Source: Candidatus Yanofskybacteria bacterium
GTDB taxonomy: Bacteria; Patescibacteriota; Minisyncoccia; 2-02-FULL-40-12; GWA2-44-9
Length of the DNA: 64,000 bases
Direction of reading: 5' to 3'
Assembly: GCA_003514055.1 (NCBI GenBank)
Contig: DOSG01000008.1
Coordinates: forward strand, 45,895 to 109,894
Position 1 is the stretch's first letter, and every line of letters begins with the position of its first letter. The position numbers and the translations under genes are program-made. The notes under the pieces were generated by a model. It made no database searches and was not told the origin of the DNA. It saw only the letters and a program-made list of their open reading frames with translations. This document shows, in pieces, positions 1-9,647 of the stretch.

Positions 1-704
1 ATTTCAGCTGTGCGTTTTTTCTGCTCAGCTATTTCTTCTTCTTTTCGCCAAGACTGGACTTCAGGATCTCGCCACTCCCAGATAAGTTCTACAAAATTCA
101 TAAGAAAGTCGAAGGCTATCTGTTCATGATGAGTTCGTTCGCGTTGGCGTGGTAGATTCGGAATTTCGAAATCATCAGCGTAGCGTCTCTGATGGATACT
201 AAAGAAGCCGAGGATGGCATTAAATATTCGCTCCGATTGAATAGTCTTATTCCAAAAACTACCAAAACTATCATCTCGTCGATATTCAATCACTTTTCGA
301 GTTTCTGCGCCTTTAAAAAAATTCTGAACAAGCATCTTGAATGCTTTTTGCGCCACGATTTGTCGAATTTCGCCCTCAGACCTTACTACTTCATTTCCAT
401 TTTTATCGTAGCCTATCCTAAACTTCGGCGGATCTAGCGGAGAATTGGATCTGAGCAAGAAATGGCCGTCAGCAACTAGAAAGTAAAATATCAGGCGATC
501 GATATCGTCGTAATCTGGCTCACCGTATGTTGATGCAGTAAGACTAACTTCAAAACCTTCATGAAGTAGCCCTAGCAATTCACCAAGAGTCTTGGCAGTT
601 TGCCACATCTTCAGCCATTCATGAAAGTTCTTAGTCGGCCTCACTTCTCTTTTTGAAAGATCACCGAGTACGGCTATGTCGTACTTCTGTTGTGGTTCGA
701 ACAC
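1..704 (-). CDS. hypothetical protein, 3'-truncated by window edge; probable GTG start at 704
   Basis: Minus-strand frame open from 704 to position 1 (>=234 codons). It is absent from the ORF track only because it runs off the edge. GGGAGG lies 5 nt upstream of the GTG. No family recognised. Confidence 0.45.
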   Translation of the reverse strand, partial: MFEPQQKYDIAVLGDLSKREVRPTKNFHEWLKMWQTAKTLGELLGLLHEGFEVSLTASTYGEPDYDDIDRLIFYFLVADGHFLLRSNSPLDPPKFRIGYDKNGNEVVRSEGEIRQIVAQKAFKMLVQNFFKGAETRKVIEYRRDDSFGSFWNKTIQSERIFNAILGFFSIHQRRYADDFEIPNLPRQRERTHHEQIAFDFLMNFVELIWEWRDPEVQSWRKEEEIAEQKKRTAE

Positions 705-832
705 CGTAGCCTCCCATGTTATGCCCCGCTCTGTGGCGGAACCGTGGAGCTATCTCCACCGATAATCTACGCCGTCTAGGCGATTTGTCAATAAGCAAAT
801 TGAGGGGAAAATAAAGCCGAGCAATTGCTCGG

Positions 833-1117
833 TCAGTCTATATGCACCTGACTTGGGATGACTTTTGGTTTTTTTCTCCTAATATCAGCCACTCGTAGAC
901 CCAGATCGCAACCGCCTCTTATGGCCACGTAATTTATGAAATCTACTACGACAGCCTCAGCGATTCGATTAGCTCTAGCTCTATTTGCATCAATCCAGTC
1001 GAAGTCAGATTCGGCTAAGCCGTTCTGATAGCTATTCCTGTAGATTGACGGAAGGATCCCTTTTAAATGAGTTCGGGCGTCTTCTTCTAACATGTCATGA
1101 AGCTCTTTTTTCGTCAT
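833..1117 (-). CDS. hypothetical protein (94 aa)
   Basis: ORF track only; no motif recognised; co-directional with the edge gene. Confidence 0.35.
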   Translation of the reverse strand: MTKKELHDMLEEDARTHLKGILPSIYRNSYQNGLAESDFDWIDANRARANRIAEAVVVDFINYVAIRGGCDLGLRVADIRRKKPKVIPSQVHID

Positions 1118-1183
1118 AGCGCCCTCGAGTACTCAGACTAGATTATCACTACAATATTAATAATCAAGCGGGCTTGATCACAA

Positions 1184-1219
1184 TTACAAAGAGCGCCCCG
1201 AGAAGGGCGTTCTTTGTAA
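1184..1219. repeat. GC-rich palindromic mini-element, intergenic copy; also the terminator hairpin 13 nt downstream of ctpA
   Basis: TTACAAAGAGCGCCCC-GAGAA-GGGCGTTCTTTGTAA. Arms match the copies at 6933, 30017 and 52719. Confidence 0.6.
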
Positions 1220-1231
1220 TCTACTGAGTTA

Positions 1232-2506
1232 TTATCTTAACAATTCCAAAGCCTTGTCGAGCTGAGGATCTTTCCCTTTCTCGCCTATAACCAATGCTTC
1301 GAGTTCTTTTGGATCTTCCGGCAACATAACCTTGATATCGGCTTCAATCCCTTTTTCAGAAATCGATATACCATTAGGTGTCAGCCATTTGGCAATCGTA
1401 ACTTTTAACGATGAGCCGTCGGAAAAGTTTTCCAATTCTTGGACAGAACCCTTTCCAAACGACTTTTCGCCTACTAATTTTATTCCTCTATTATCATGCA
1501 GTGCTCCGGCTAAGATTTCTGATGCCGACGCTGATCCGCCATTCATCAATATCACCGTAGGTAATTTGAGCAAGCCGTTACCATTACTCTTGAATTCGTT
1601 TCTCGTACCATCGCCGAACTGCTCCATGACTACAATCTGACCTCTATTTAAGAACCACCCGGCCATATTTATGGCAGAATCCAACAACCCACCCGGATTA
1701 TTTCTCAAATCCAAGATTAGCCTAGTAGCCCCACTCTTTATTATATCTTGTGCTGCCTTGTTGAATTCAGATTCAACATTCTGATTGAAGGAGTATATCT
1801 GCATGTAGGCGATTTTATTACTACCCTCTTCAAAATATTTCAGATCGACTGTCGGAATCTTGATCGTATCTCTCGTTAATTCATAATCTCTTAATTCTCC
1901 ATTGGAAATCGACAATATAACTTTAGTTCCTTTCTTGCCACGAATCAAGTTTACCGCTTCATCCACGGACATTTCTTGGGTGCTTTTACCATTAATCTTA
2001 ACAACTTTATCTCCAGCTTTTATCCCAGCCTTATCGGCGGGAGTGCCTTTTAATGGAGAAACGACGGTTAAAACATTATTCTTTTTACTCAACTCTAGAC
2101 CAACACCGCCGAAAGATCCAGATATTTCTTCCTGGAATTTTTTGCTTTCAACAGGTTCAAAGAACGTAGTATAAGGATCTCCGGCGCTGTTCACCATACC
2201 CGCTATAGCACCGTAAAACATTTTTTCGTTACTAAGTTCACCCTTATCTACGTATTTCTCGTTTAATTTGTCCCACACCTGCCAAAAGAGTTCAAAATCA
2301 ATGTCTTTGTACTTAACCGCATCCTTATTTATCAGCCTAGCTACAACCGGTGAAGGTTCGTATTGGCCAATAAAATAACCGACTGCTAAGCCGATTAATA
2401 AGACGCCAACAAGCACTACTAAGCGCCACTTCGATTTAGTCCTAGATGCTTCTGGTTGTAATATTTGATTTTCTGATTCCATATTTTTTAAAATATTTGA
2501 TAGCAT
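1232..2506 (-). CDS. ctpA: carboxyl-terminal processing protease, S41 family with PDZ domain
   Basis: N-terminal TM; PDZ (GIKAGDKVVKINGKS); S41 catalytic block GGSASASEILAGAL and KGSVQ. Confidence 0.9.
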   Translation of the reverse strand: MLSNILKNMESENQILQPEASRTKSKWRLVVLVGVLLIGLAVGYFIGQYEPSPVVARLINKDAVKYKDIDFELFWQVWDKLNEKYVDKGELSNEKMFYGAIAGMVNSAGDPYTTFFEPVESKKFQEEISGSFGGVGLELSKKNNVLTVVSPLKGTPADKAGIKAGDKVVKINGKSTQEMSVDEAVNLIRGKKGTKVILSISNGELRDYELTRDTIKIPTVDLKYFEEGSNKIAYMQIYSFNQNVESEFNKAAQDIIKSGATRLILDLRNNPGGLLDSAINMAGWFLNRGQIVVMEQFGDGTRNEFKSNGNGLLKLPTVILMNGGSASASEILAGALHDNRGIKLVGEKSFGKGSVQELENFSDGSSLKVTIAKWLTPNGISISEKGIEADIKVMLPEDPKELEALVIGEKGKDPQLDKALELLR

Positions 2507-3260
2507 CTTTTATGTGCCATCTGGTTTCTTTTTTGAATAAAGCATCAAAGACATCGAAGCGACTCTTCGAACCTCTACGATGATAGTGATACATTTTAGA
2601 TTTAGGATAATAAATTACTCTGTATCCATTTTCCCAGAAGCGACGCGCCCAGTCAACATCACTCATATAGAGAAATAGATTTTCGTCCATTGAGCCAACT
2701 TTTTTTATAGCTTTTTTACTAACCATGATTGCTGAGCCCATCAACCAATCGGCATCAGTTTCTTTGAACAGATCGTGATCGTGCATTAAGAACTGCTCAA
2801 CTTCTTTTTTAAATAATCCTATTCTGCCGATAAAACTTCGACGATATATGGTAGTTAGTGGCGAATAGAATCTAAAGTATGAATCCTGATGACTGCCGTC
2901 AAAATTTAATAATTCCGGGCCGACTATGCCAATTTTAGGATCATCTTTAATCAATTCATACAAAGTCTCTACTGCACCTTCAAGCGGAATTATATCGGGA
3001 TTGATTACAAATACGTAATCGTTAACGCTGGCCTGAAGGCCAGCGTTAACGCCTTTGGTATAACCGATATTCTGGTCGAATGCCACTAATTTTATATCCT
3101 TAAACTCTTCATTGACGACATTCCGGGTCTCTATACTGCTGGCGATATCGATAACTATGATTTCGTATTTAAAATCTGCGCGAACAATACGTTTAAAAGA
3201 TTTCAAACACAGTCGTAATAGCGCCGGATTCTTATAATTGATGACGAGTATCGAAAGCAT
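2442..3260 (-). CDS. glycosyltransferase family 2
   Basis: N-terminal ILVINYKN...IIVIDIASS GT-A signature; start overlaps the LCP stop (TAATG coupling); its 3' end overlaps the ctpA start by about 40-65 nt. Confidence 0.85.
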   Translation of the reverse strand: MLSILVINYKNPALLRLCLKSFKRIVRADFKYEIIVIDIASSIETRNVVNEEFKDIKLVAFDQNIGYTKGVNAGLQASVNDYVFVINPDIIPLEGAVETLYELIKDDPKIGIVGPELLNFDGSHQDSYFRFYSPLTTIYRRSFIGRIGLFKKEVEQFLMHDHDLFKETDADWLMGSAIMVSKKAIKKVGSMDENLFLYMSDVDWARRFWENGYRVIYYPKSKMYHYHRRGSKSRFDVFDALFKKETRWHIKDAIKYFKKYGIRKSNITTRSI

Positions 3261-4300
3261 TAATTTAAAGTTTCAGCGAAAAACTTTTTAAATAAATCGA
3301 AATTCTCGCCATTTGGAAGTAACACGTAAATTGCATCGATGTATGTTTGATAAAGTAAATTCGCGGTGGAAATTACATATTCTTTGGGCATAGCCTTTTT
3401 CACTTGTTGATACAAGTTTATTAATTCCGACAAATTCCAAATATTCAAATCTGTTTTAATGTCGCTGCGAACGACACTTAGCATGCCAAAAGCTTTAAGA
3501 GGATCTGAGGTCAAATTAGCAGTCATGACTTTGTCTTTAATAGCCATTATAATTTCCTGTTGACGCCTAGACCTATCGAAATCGCTAGTTGAATACCTCG
3601 ATCGAGCGTAATAGAGCGCACCTTCACCATCGAGATGATTGAGCCCAGCCGGCAGATAGAAGCTATTCCCCCACTGGCTCTTCTCTTCAAATGGTTTGTC
3701 TAGGTATACGTCCACCCCATCTAGCTCGTCAACAATTTTCTTGAACGCTGTAAAATCAAAGACTATGGCATTATCTATATATATTCCAGTCATTATCGAA
3801 AATACTCTCTTTGTAAAATCTAGCCCCTCTTTGCGACTAAGTCCATATTCATAAACTTCGTTTATCTTGCCCATCTTGTACTTGTCGATTTTTATGTAAA
3901 GATCTCGTGGGATAGACACCAACGATGACTTTGCGGTGGTCTTGTCGTAACTAAAAAGCAAGATCGTGTCGGTTAACATACCGCCTTGAATCGCGTCCGG
4001 ATCGTCGAGACCACGCATGCCTAATATTAAGATGTCTAAACGATTTGGGTCAGGCTTTGGTGTCGGATCGGTAGATATTGCGGCTACCGGAAATGACAAA
4101 ATGGCCGAGACACGATTCCAGAAAGGAACACTACCATCACTGGTAATGACAATCTCGTTATAAGCTAAGCCCAACATTAAAGCTCCGTAGCTCAAGGCTA
4201 CTATGGCTATAATTGAAACGCCTAGACCAAGTATCTTCTTCTTACTTGGCTGATTATTATGTCCTACGGGGTCTATAAAATTCATTTCTTTATTATTCAT
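3260..4300 (-). CDS. LytR-CpsA-Psr (LCP) family cell-envelope glycopolymer ligase
   Basis: N-terminal TM, then LILGMRG...DTILLFSYD...SIPRDLY LCP-domain motifs. Confidence 0.85.
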   Translation of the reverse strand: MNNKEMNFIDPVGHNNQPSKKKILGLGVSIIAIVALSYGALMLGLAYNEIVITSDGSVPFWNRVSAILSFPVAAISTDPTPKPDPNRLDILILGMRGLDDPDAIQGGMLTDTILLFSYDKTTAKSSLVSIPRDLYIKIDKYKMGKINEVYEYGLSRKEGLDFTKRVFSIMTGIYIDNAIVFDFTAFKKIVDELDGVDVYLDKPFEEKSQWGNSFYLPAGLNHLDGEGALYYARSRYSTSDFDRSRRQQEIIMAIKDKVMTANLTSDPLKAFGMLSVVRSDIKTDLNIWNLSELINLYQQVKKAMPKEYVISTANLLYQTYIDAIYVLLPNGENFDLFKKFFAETLN

Positions 4301-5357
4301 ACCATTCGCGCATTCGAGCTGGCGCGGCTACAGCTCGTCTCATAATGGCATTTCTCTTCTTGAGCATTTTAGGAATATTTTTTAATACCACGCTAACCTC
4401 GCTTAAAACGGCTGGCTCATAGATAAGGAGGTAGGCCAGCATGGTTAATTCTCTTTTCGCTATATAAAAGAAGTCCTTGAGGCAATTTATTATATACTCA
4501 TTCTTGATCATTGTAAACCTAAGATTTTTCCATTCAAGCCGGCGCTTATTGAGCGGTATCTGCTGTCTACTTTTTCTGAATTCGGTGAAACCGCCAGACA
4601 ACGATTTTGTTGTCTGGCGATCATGCCAAGCCAAAACTCGTGGAGCATATATCTGCTTCCAGCCGAATAGGTTCATGCGCCACGCAATATCTAAATCCTC
4701 GGCATACCAAAAAAAATCGTGATCGAATATCTCTCCGGCACCTGACGGATTGATTTTGATTCTTAAACTAGCAAACGCTTCCTTTCTAAAAACAGGCACC
4801 GCACCTTCAACGCCGAATATCTCTTTCTGCGTGTTGTATTGGCCCGTGTCTTTCTCGCCATGGCCGATATTAACTATCCTCCTCGATTTGAATATTTTAA
4901 AACCACATGTGTCTATGACGTCGGTACCCAGCCTAAGATTACGACCTTTCAGCTGGTCCAAATCAAATCGGTAGACTTTGGCCTGAAGTGCACCAATATC
5001 GGCGCTTACTTCCATGACCCCCATCGCTTCAAGTAGAAAATTCTTATCTAATATCACGTCTACGGAAAGCACGACCACATATTTCCCAGCTGATATTTCA
5101 AACAACTTTTCCTGCCCAGCCCACATGCCTATGTTTTGTGAATTTTCAATAACTTGAGAATTCACAAAAGCTAATTCTCCAAGTTCTAATTGCCAGTCTT
5201 TGATTATTTTCTTTGTTCCATCGGTTGAATTATTATCCCAGATATTTAGCTCAATTAGATCATGCGGATAGTTCAAGTTCTTTATCGAATCCAAACAATG
5301 GCGAATATATTTTTCGCCATTAAAAACCACTAGATTTATTGAGATTCTACTTGACAT
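4293..5357 (-). CDS. glycosyltransferase family 2
   Basis: INLVVFNGEKYI...DNNSTDGT GT-A N-terminus; 8-nt overlap with the LCP start. Confidence 0.85.
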   Translation of the reverse strand: MSSRISINLVVFNGEKYIRHCLDSIKNLNYPHDLIELNIWDNNSTDGTKKIIKDWQLELGELAFVNSQVIENSQNIGMWAGQEKLFEISAGKYVVVLSVDVILDKNFLLEAMGVMEVSADIGALQAKVYRFDLDQLKGRNLRLGTDVIDTCGFKIFKSRRIVNIGHGEKDTGQYNTQKEIFGVEGAVPVFRKEAFASLRIKINPSGAGEIFDHDFFWYAEDLDIAWRMNLFGWKQIYAPRVLAWHDRQTTKSLSGGFTEFRKSRQQIPLNKRRLEWKNLRFTMIKNEYIINCLKDFFYIAKRELTMLAYLLIYEPAVLSEVSVVLKNIPKMLKKRNAIMRRAVAAPARMREWYE

Positions 5358-5411
5358 CTTATTCCTAACATTATATCCTTTTTCCAGTCATTTTCCAAGA
5401 GAAGCAGAAAG

Positions 5412-5723
5412 ATGGATGAGCTTACTCCAAGCCAAGAAATTATAAAGAACGATTTAATCGCACATTTCAAAGAAGACGCGACATCGTCACTGAATCAAGT
5501 AGTCAATTTTCTTGGTCAAAAGCAAACTTGGTATTGCATAAATTTCGACCATAGATATCTCAACTTTGCCAAGCAAGACATGATAATGGTGCTAAAATAT
5601 TTGATAGCCCAGAGTATATTGGAAATATCCGATTGGAGGACATCTCCCGATATGAATGCTACATTTGGATTTGTGCTGGAACCAGTTTTTTCTCTTTCCG
5701 AAACATTTCAAGCCCAGGCTTAG
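5412..5723 (+). CDS. hypothetical protein (103 aa)
   Basis: ORF track only; weak RBS; convergent 4-nt overlap with the Wzy-like gene. Confidence 0.3.
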   Translation: MDELTPSQEIIKNDLIAHFKEDATSSLNQVVNFLGQKQTWYCINFDHRYLNFAKQDMIMVLKYLIAQSILEISDWRTSPDMNATFGFVLEPVFSLSETFQAQA

Positions 5724-7285
5724 TCTGGGCCTTTGTTTACCAAAAGAGCGGCAGAAACGGCAAGCATAAGAAAGGCGCGTTCGTCGAATATAGCTACGTC
5801 AGTCATTAAGTAAGCGAAGACCCACGGAATGAATAATAGACTTGCACCATAATAAGTTGCCAGCGTGGTGTCCGCCTTAGAATCGATGAATTTTCTATAG
5901 ATTATTTTGAATAACTCAAACAAGAATGCACATAGCGCAATCAGGGCAAAAACGCCCATCTCCGCGGCTACGTGCAAATAAATATTATGCGCCGAAGATC
6001 CAGCCTTAGACAGTTTAATATCTTGAGACAACACGACTGGATAATTACCAATACCCACTCCCAACAATGGATGGTCCGCTATAGATACTAAACTTTTTTT
6101 CCAGATTTCTATTCTTTGAGCGTTAGAAGTCTCACCAAAATCTATGACTGATCTAATTCGATTACCAAGCATGCTCCAATCCCCTTTTGATAATAAAAAT
6201 TGAGGCGAAGTAAATATCGGATAGGCAACAAAGAACATCATAAAAAACAAAATTATGTAGCTAGAAATGAATTTAAAATAACTCACCTTAGTTTCTTTCT
6301 TAATCGTCATATAGATAATCACGCCGATAGCAAGCGCAACCACTCCCACACTCGCCGCCCAGAAACCTCTGGTGCCAGTTAAAATTACTGCTAGGAATAT
6401 TATCGGCACCCAAACCACGAATAGCTTAGTCCTTGTTTTAATCAAATCTTGGAATTTCGCACCAACATCCATTTTGCGCATAGTCCAAGCAAAAATAGCT
6501 GGCATACCCAGAAGCAGAAATATTGGGAAAGAATGAGAATCTGGAAAAAGAGAAAACATCCTCAACGAAAGTTGCTCTCCGTAGTAAGCGAACCAAGTAT
6601 TACCAACCCTCACGGCAATATCGCACCATTGCTGACCAAACTGATTGCATTGGATGTTCTCACCCCATATGCGCATGAATTGATAAATATCAATAAAGTA
6701 ACTTGAGGCCAATTGTAAAAAACCAATAATCGTAACTAGTAAAACCGGAATCGTTAAGGCTCGAATTAGTCGCTTCGAAAAATCGCTACTTCTCGTGGTT
6801 AGATAGTAAACTGGAAAGCCAACCAAGCTTAAATTAGTAAAATAGATAATTCTTTTGATAGCGGCCGCCTTATCCGAAGCCATGGACACTGAAAGTAACA
6901 TCAGCGCATAAAGTGCAACGAGAGCCATTGCGTACAAAGGGCGCCATTGTACAAAGGCGCCCTTTGTAAAGATTTTCGTGGTTTTAAGCCGGGACAAAAA
7001 CCATTTCACGAATAATATGACTGAGAATATCCTCCAAGAATTAAAGTTATCAAAGCTAGAACTGAATGGAATCGCCAAAAACATCGGGATTGAGGCCGCA
7101 AAAAATATTACTCCATCCTCCAGCGGTGCTAAGATCAAATACAAAGCTAACATGGCCACTAAATATAAAACGAATTCGCGAGGTATAAGACCAGAAATAA
7201 CCAGAAAGAAGCAGATAACCTCAGCCACGTAAACTATTCCGCCAGTTTTTTTATTATTTAACATTCTCAAAAAATGATTTAGCAA
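5720..7285 (-). CDS. O-antigen ligase/Wzy-like polytopic membrane protein
   Basis: More than 10 predicted TM helices; SSAHNIYLHVAAEMG motif typical of the Wzy_C / O-antigen ligase family. Confidence 0.75.
   Translation of the reverse strand: MLNHFLRMLNNKKTGGIVYVAEVICFFLVISGLIPREFVLYLVAMLALYLILAPLEDGVIFFAASIPMFLAIPFSSSFDNFNSWRIFSVILFVKWFLSRLKTTKIFTKGAFVQWRPLYAMALVALYALMLLSVSMASDKAAAIKRIIYFTNLSLVGFPVYYLTTRSSDFSKRLIRALTIPVLLVTIIGFLQLASSYFIDIYQFMRIWGENIQCNQFGQQWCDIAVRVGNTWFAYYGEQLSLRMFSLFPDSHSFPIFLLLGMPAIFAWTMRKMDVGAKFQDLIKTRTKLFVVWVPIIFLAVILTGTRGFWAASVGVVALAIGVIIYMTIKKETKVSYFKFISSYIILFFMMFFVAYPIFTSPQFLLSKGDWSMLGNRIRSVIDFGETSNAQRIEIWKKSLVSIADHPLLGVGIGNYPVVLSQDIKLSKAGSSAHNIYLHVAAEMGVFALIALCAFLFELFKIIYRKFIDSKADTTLATYYGASLLFIPWVFAYLMTDVAIFDERAFLMLAVSAALLVNKGPD
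6933..6969. repeat. GC-rich palindromic mini-element, in frame inside the Wzy-like CDS
   Basis: TACAAAGGGCGCC-ATTGTACAAA-GGCGCCCTTTGTAA. 12-bp perfect stem. Translated in frame as TKGAFVQWRPLY. Confidence 0.6.
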
Positions 7286-8360
7286 AACTGCTCCAGCTAA
7301 GCCTTGGAATTAATTCTTTGTATCTATCCTTACAATATTTTCTTTTTTGCTCGTCTTTGAGTCCCCTATCAATAGCATCGGCAATCTTTTCTGAGGTACC
7401 GTTTGCAGCAAAAAAAGCAGCATCGTTAAAAAGTTCGTGATTCAAGGCGTTGTCCATCACAACTACTGGTACGCCATATGAAGCCGCTTCCACCGGCGGC
7501 AAACCGAACGCCTCTGATTCAGATACATAAACAACCAATTCGGCGCTAGAATACAATCTTGAGATTTCGTCATCAGCTACATAGTCACGATAATTAATTC
7601 TTTCACGGCCAAATCTATTATTCATTTCTTTAACCATGCTCTGAATTATCGGTCTGGGATATTTATCCCGGCCCACCAATATTAATCTCAGATCTGGATA
7701 TTTGGGGGCTATCTGACTAAAAGCTAATATCGTTTCTTTGGCGTGGCGTCTTGCAAACATTTGGCCCACGTATAATATGTACAGGCTATTCGATTTAAAA
7801 TCTTGTGCAACTTCTCTAGCCCGATGGGACCCAAGACGTGAAACAAATATCTTATTTGGTTTTATTTTGTATAGTCTGGCAACCTCATCTTTCGATGCCC
7901 CCGATATGGCCATGATTTTATAAGCGAACTTCGCGGCCCAGTTAGTAAACATCCCATAGGCTAATCTATATTTGAACGGCAACGTACCTTGCTTGTACTC
8001 ATAGTAAACATCGTTGGTCAGTATCACTACGGCTTTCCCTAAGTATAATGGCGGCATCATATAGGCCGGGAAAAACATTCTATCGACGCCGTCGAGCATT
8101 GCCTTAACTGGCATTAAAATGTGATAAAAAATATTAAACGATTTTAGGGACTTCCAGCCGACGATTCTTTTGACGAATATTGGATTCTTCAGAACTTCGT
8201 CGTCGGGGATGAATTGATTGAAATATAGATATAATTTAAATTCTTTATGCCATTCTATATTTTTCTCATATTCTTTAAGTAAATTTAAAACCACGTGGCC
8301 AACGCCCCATCTAGACTTTGCATCCTCTAAATTTTCGCACTCAATCCCTATTTTAAGCAT
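7254..8360 (-). CDS. glycosyltransferase family 1 (GT4)
   Basis: C-terminal EAFGLPPVEAASYGVPVVV GT-B motif. Confidence 0.85.
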   Translation of the reverse strand: MLKIGIECENLEDAKSRWGVGHVVLNLLKEYEKNIEWHKEFKLYLYFNQFIPDDEVLKNPIFVKRIVGWKSLKSFNIFYHILMPVKAMLDGVDRMFFPAYMMPPLYLGKAVVILTNDVYYEYKQGTLPFKYRLAYGMFTNWAAKFAYKIMAISGASKDEVARLYKIKPNKIFVSRLGSHRAREVAQDFKSNSLYILYVGQMFARRHAKETILAFSQIAPKYPDLRLILVGRDKYPRPIIQSMVKEMNNRFGRERINYRDYVADDEISRLYSSAELVVYVSESEAFGLPPVEAASYGVPVVVMDNALNHELFNDAAFFAANGTSEKIADAIDRGLKDEQKRKYCKDRYKELIPRLSWSSFAKSFFENVK

Positions 8361-8372
8361 GTCGTATTATTA

Positions 8373-8400
8373 TTGACACTCGAGGTTATCATCATATACT
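8373..8400 (+). promoter_or_regulatory. candidate sigma70-like promoter (TTGACA-16-TATACT) for the small gene at 8427
   Basis: TTGACA at 8373-8378 and TATACT at 8395-8400; GGAGG SD at 8417-8421. Confidence 0.35.
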
Positions 8401-8426
8401 ACGTGAAGATCTTTGTGGAGGCCATC

Positions 8427-8648
8427 ATGGCTAACAAAGCATTACTGCCGGGAAAAAGATTTGAGCTAAATAACCATTTAGGACAATCCTATCCCTTGCC
8501 ATGCCCAGGATGCAATACCATACTGCAACGCGATAACGTATCATTTGAATCTTGCGTTGAAGAAGGCCTGGTCGAACTTATCAATGGCGTGCTAGTACAG
8601 GAATTACATATTCCAGTCTGTCCATTCAGCTGGGTCGGTAATAACTAG
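8427..8648 (+). CDS. small Cys-containing hypothetical protein (73 aa; the ORF-track start at 8373 is a TTG extension)
   Basis: ATG at 8427 has GGAGG 6 nt upstream; CPGC...C...CPF cysteine pattern. Confidence 0.4.
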   Translation: MANKALLPGKRFELNNHLGQSYPLPCPGCNTILQRDNVSFESCVEEGLVELINGVLVQELHIPVCPFSWVGNN

Positions 8649-8666
8649 GGGCTAAGTAGCCTCTTT

Positions 8667-9608
8667 TTAATTTCCTATTTTGCCCATTTTATCTTTATAA
8701 AAATCGAATACTCCGTTTAGTATTGCCTGCGACCTTTCTTTTTCGATACCAAATATCAATTTGATTATCTGCTTTTTAATAATCCAGATGCTCCAGGGCC
8801 ACAATAATATTTGCACCCACCACGGACCAAATTTACGATTGAAATAAAGAGCGTTACGGTAATGATATCTCAACAGTAACGGAGACCCTAATTTTTTGGT
8901 TGAGGCCGATACCTTATGATTAATAGATACTCCTTCGGCTATGCCGATTGAAAACCCGGCTTGAGCCGCAGTCAATGATAAGTCGGCATCTTCAAAGTAC
9001 AGAAAATAGTCCTCATCCATTAGGCCAATCTTTTCAAACACATCACTAGATATGGCCGCGCCACCACCGATGGCGTAGATATTAGAAACACAATGGCCGC
9101 GTTGAATACAATGGCTGTCTTTTAGGCCGCAAAGACAGCCATTGTATTCAGGCGTATATATGTGTCCGAGGGTAGGCTTTAGCCACTTCACCAAGCCAGC
9201 ATAGGCCGTATGCCCACCCTCATCCAAAGGTATTGAAACTACCCCCCTTTTGAGCCTCAAAACGGCCTTTAGGCGAGCGATAAAGTCCTTTTCAGGTGTT
9301 GTATCGTTATTGATCAAAATCACCCATTTTGACCCTCCGGCCAAGGCCTTTTTTATGCCCACATTACACCCCCCAGAAAAGCCGAGGTTTTGACCATTTT
9401 TAATAACCACCAGGTTCTGCCAACCATGCTTTTTTTGATACTCATTGAGCCTATCTATGTCGGCCACGTTAGAACCATTCTCAACTACAATCAATTCGAA
9501 ATCAGAATCGGTTTGATTCTTAAATATATTTAGAAGATTAATCGTGTCTTCTGCTCCGTTATAATTTACAGTTACTATTGATATCTTCATCTTATCCATT
9601 AATACCAT
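8667..9608 (-). CDS. glycosyltransferase family 2
   Basis: KISIVTVNYNGAEDT...ELIVVENGS GT-A signature. Confidence 0.85.
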   Translation of the reverse strand: MVLMDKMKISIVTVNYNGAEDTINLLNIFKNQTDSDFELIVVENGSNVADIDRLNEYQKKHGWQNLVVIKNGQNLGFSGGCNVGIKKALAGGSKWVILINNDTTPEKDFIARLKAVLRLKRGVVSIPLDEGGHTAYAGLVKWLKPTLGHIYTPEYNGCLCGLKDSHCIQRGHCVSNIYAIGGGAAISSDVFEKIGLMDEDYFLYFEDADLSLTAAQAGFSIGIAEGVSINHKVSASTKKLGSPLLLRYHYRNALYFNRKFGPWWVQILLWPWSIWIIKKQIIKLIFGIEKERSQAILNGVFDFYKDKMGKIGN

Positions 9609-9616
9609 AATACTAC

Positions 9617-9641
9617 AAAAAGCGGCGAAACGCCGCTTTGT
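9617..9641 (-). terminator. rho-independent terminator hairpin
   Basis: AAAA-AGCGGCG-AAA-CGCCGCT-TTG. Lies 10 nt downstream of the 9648 gene stop. Confidence 0.5.
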
Positions 9642-9647
9642 TGATAT

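Noticed and set aside
1332-2174. Plus-strand ORFs 1332..1640 and 1902..2174
   Set aside because: Antisense to the well-supported ctpA CDS; low-complexity translations; no signals
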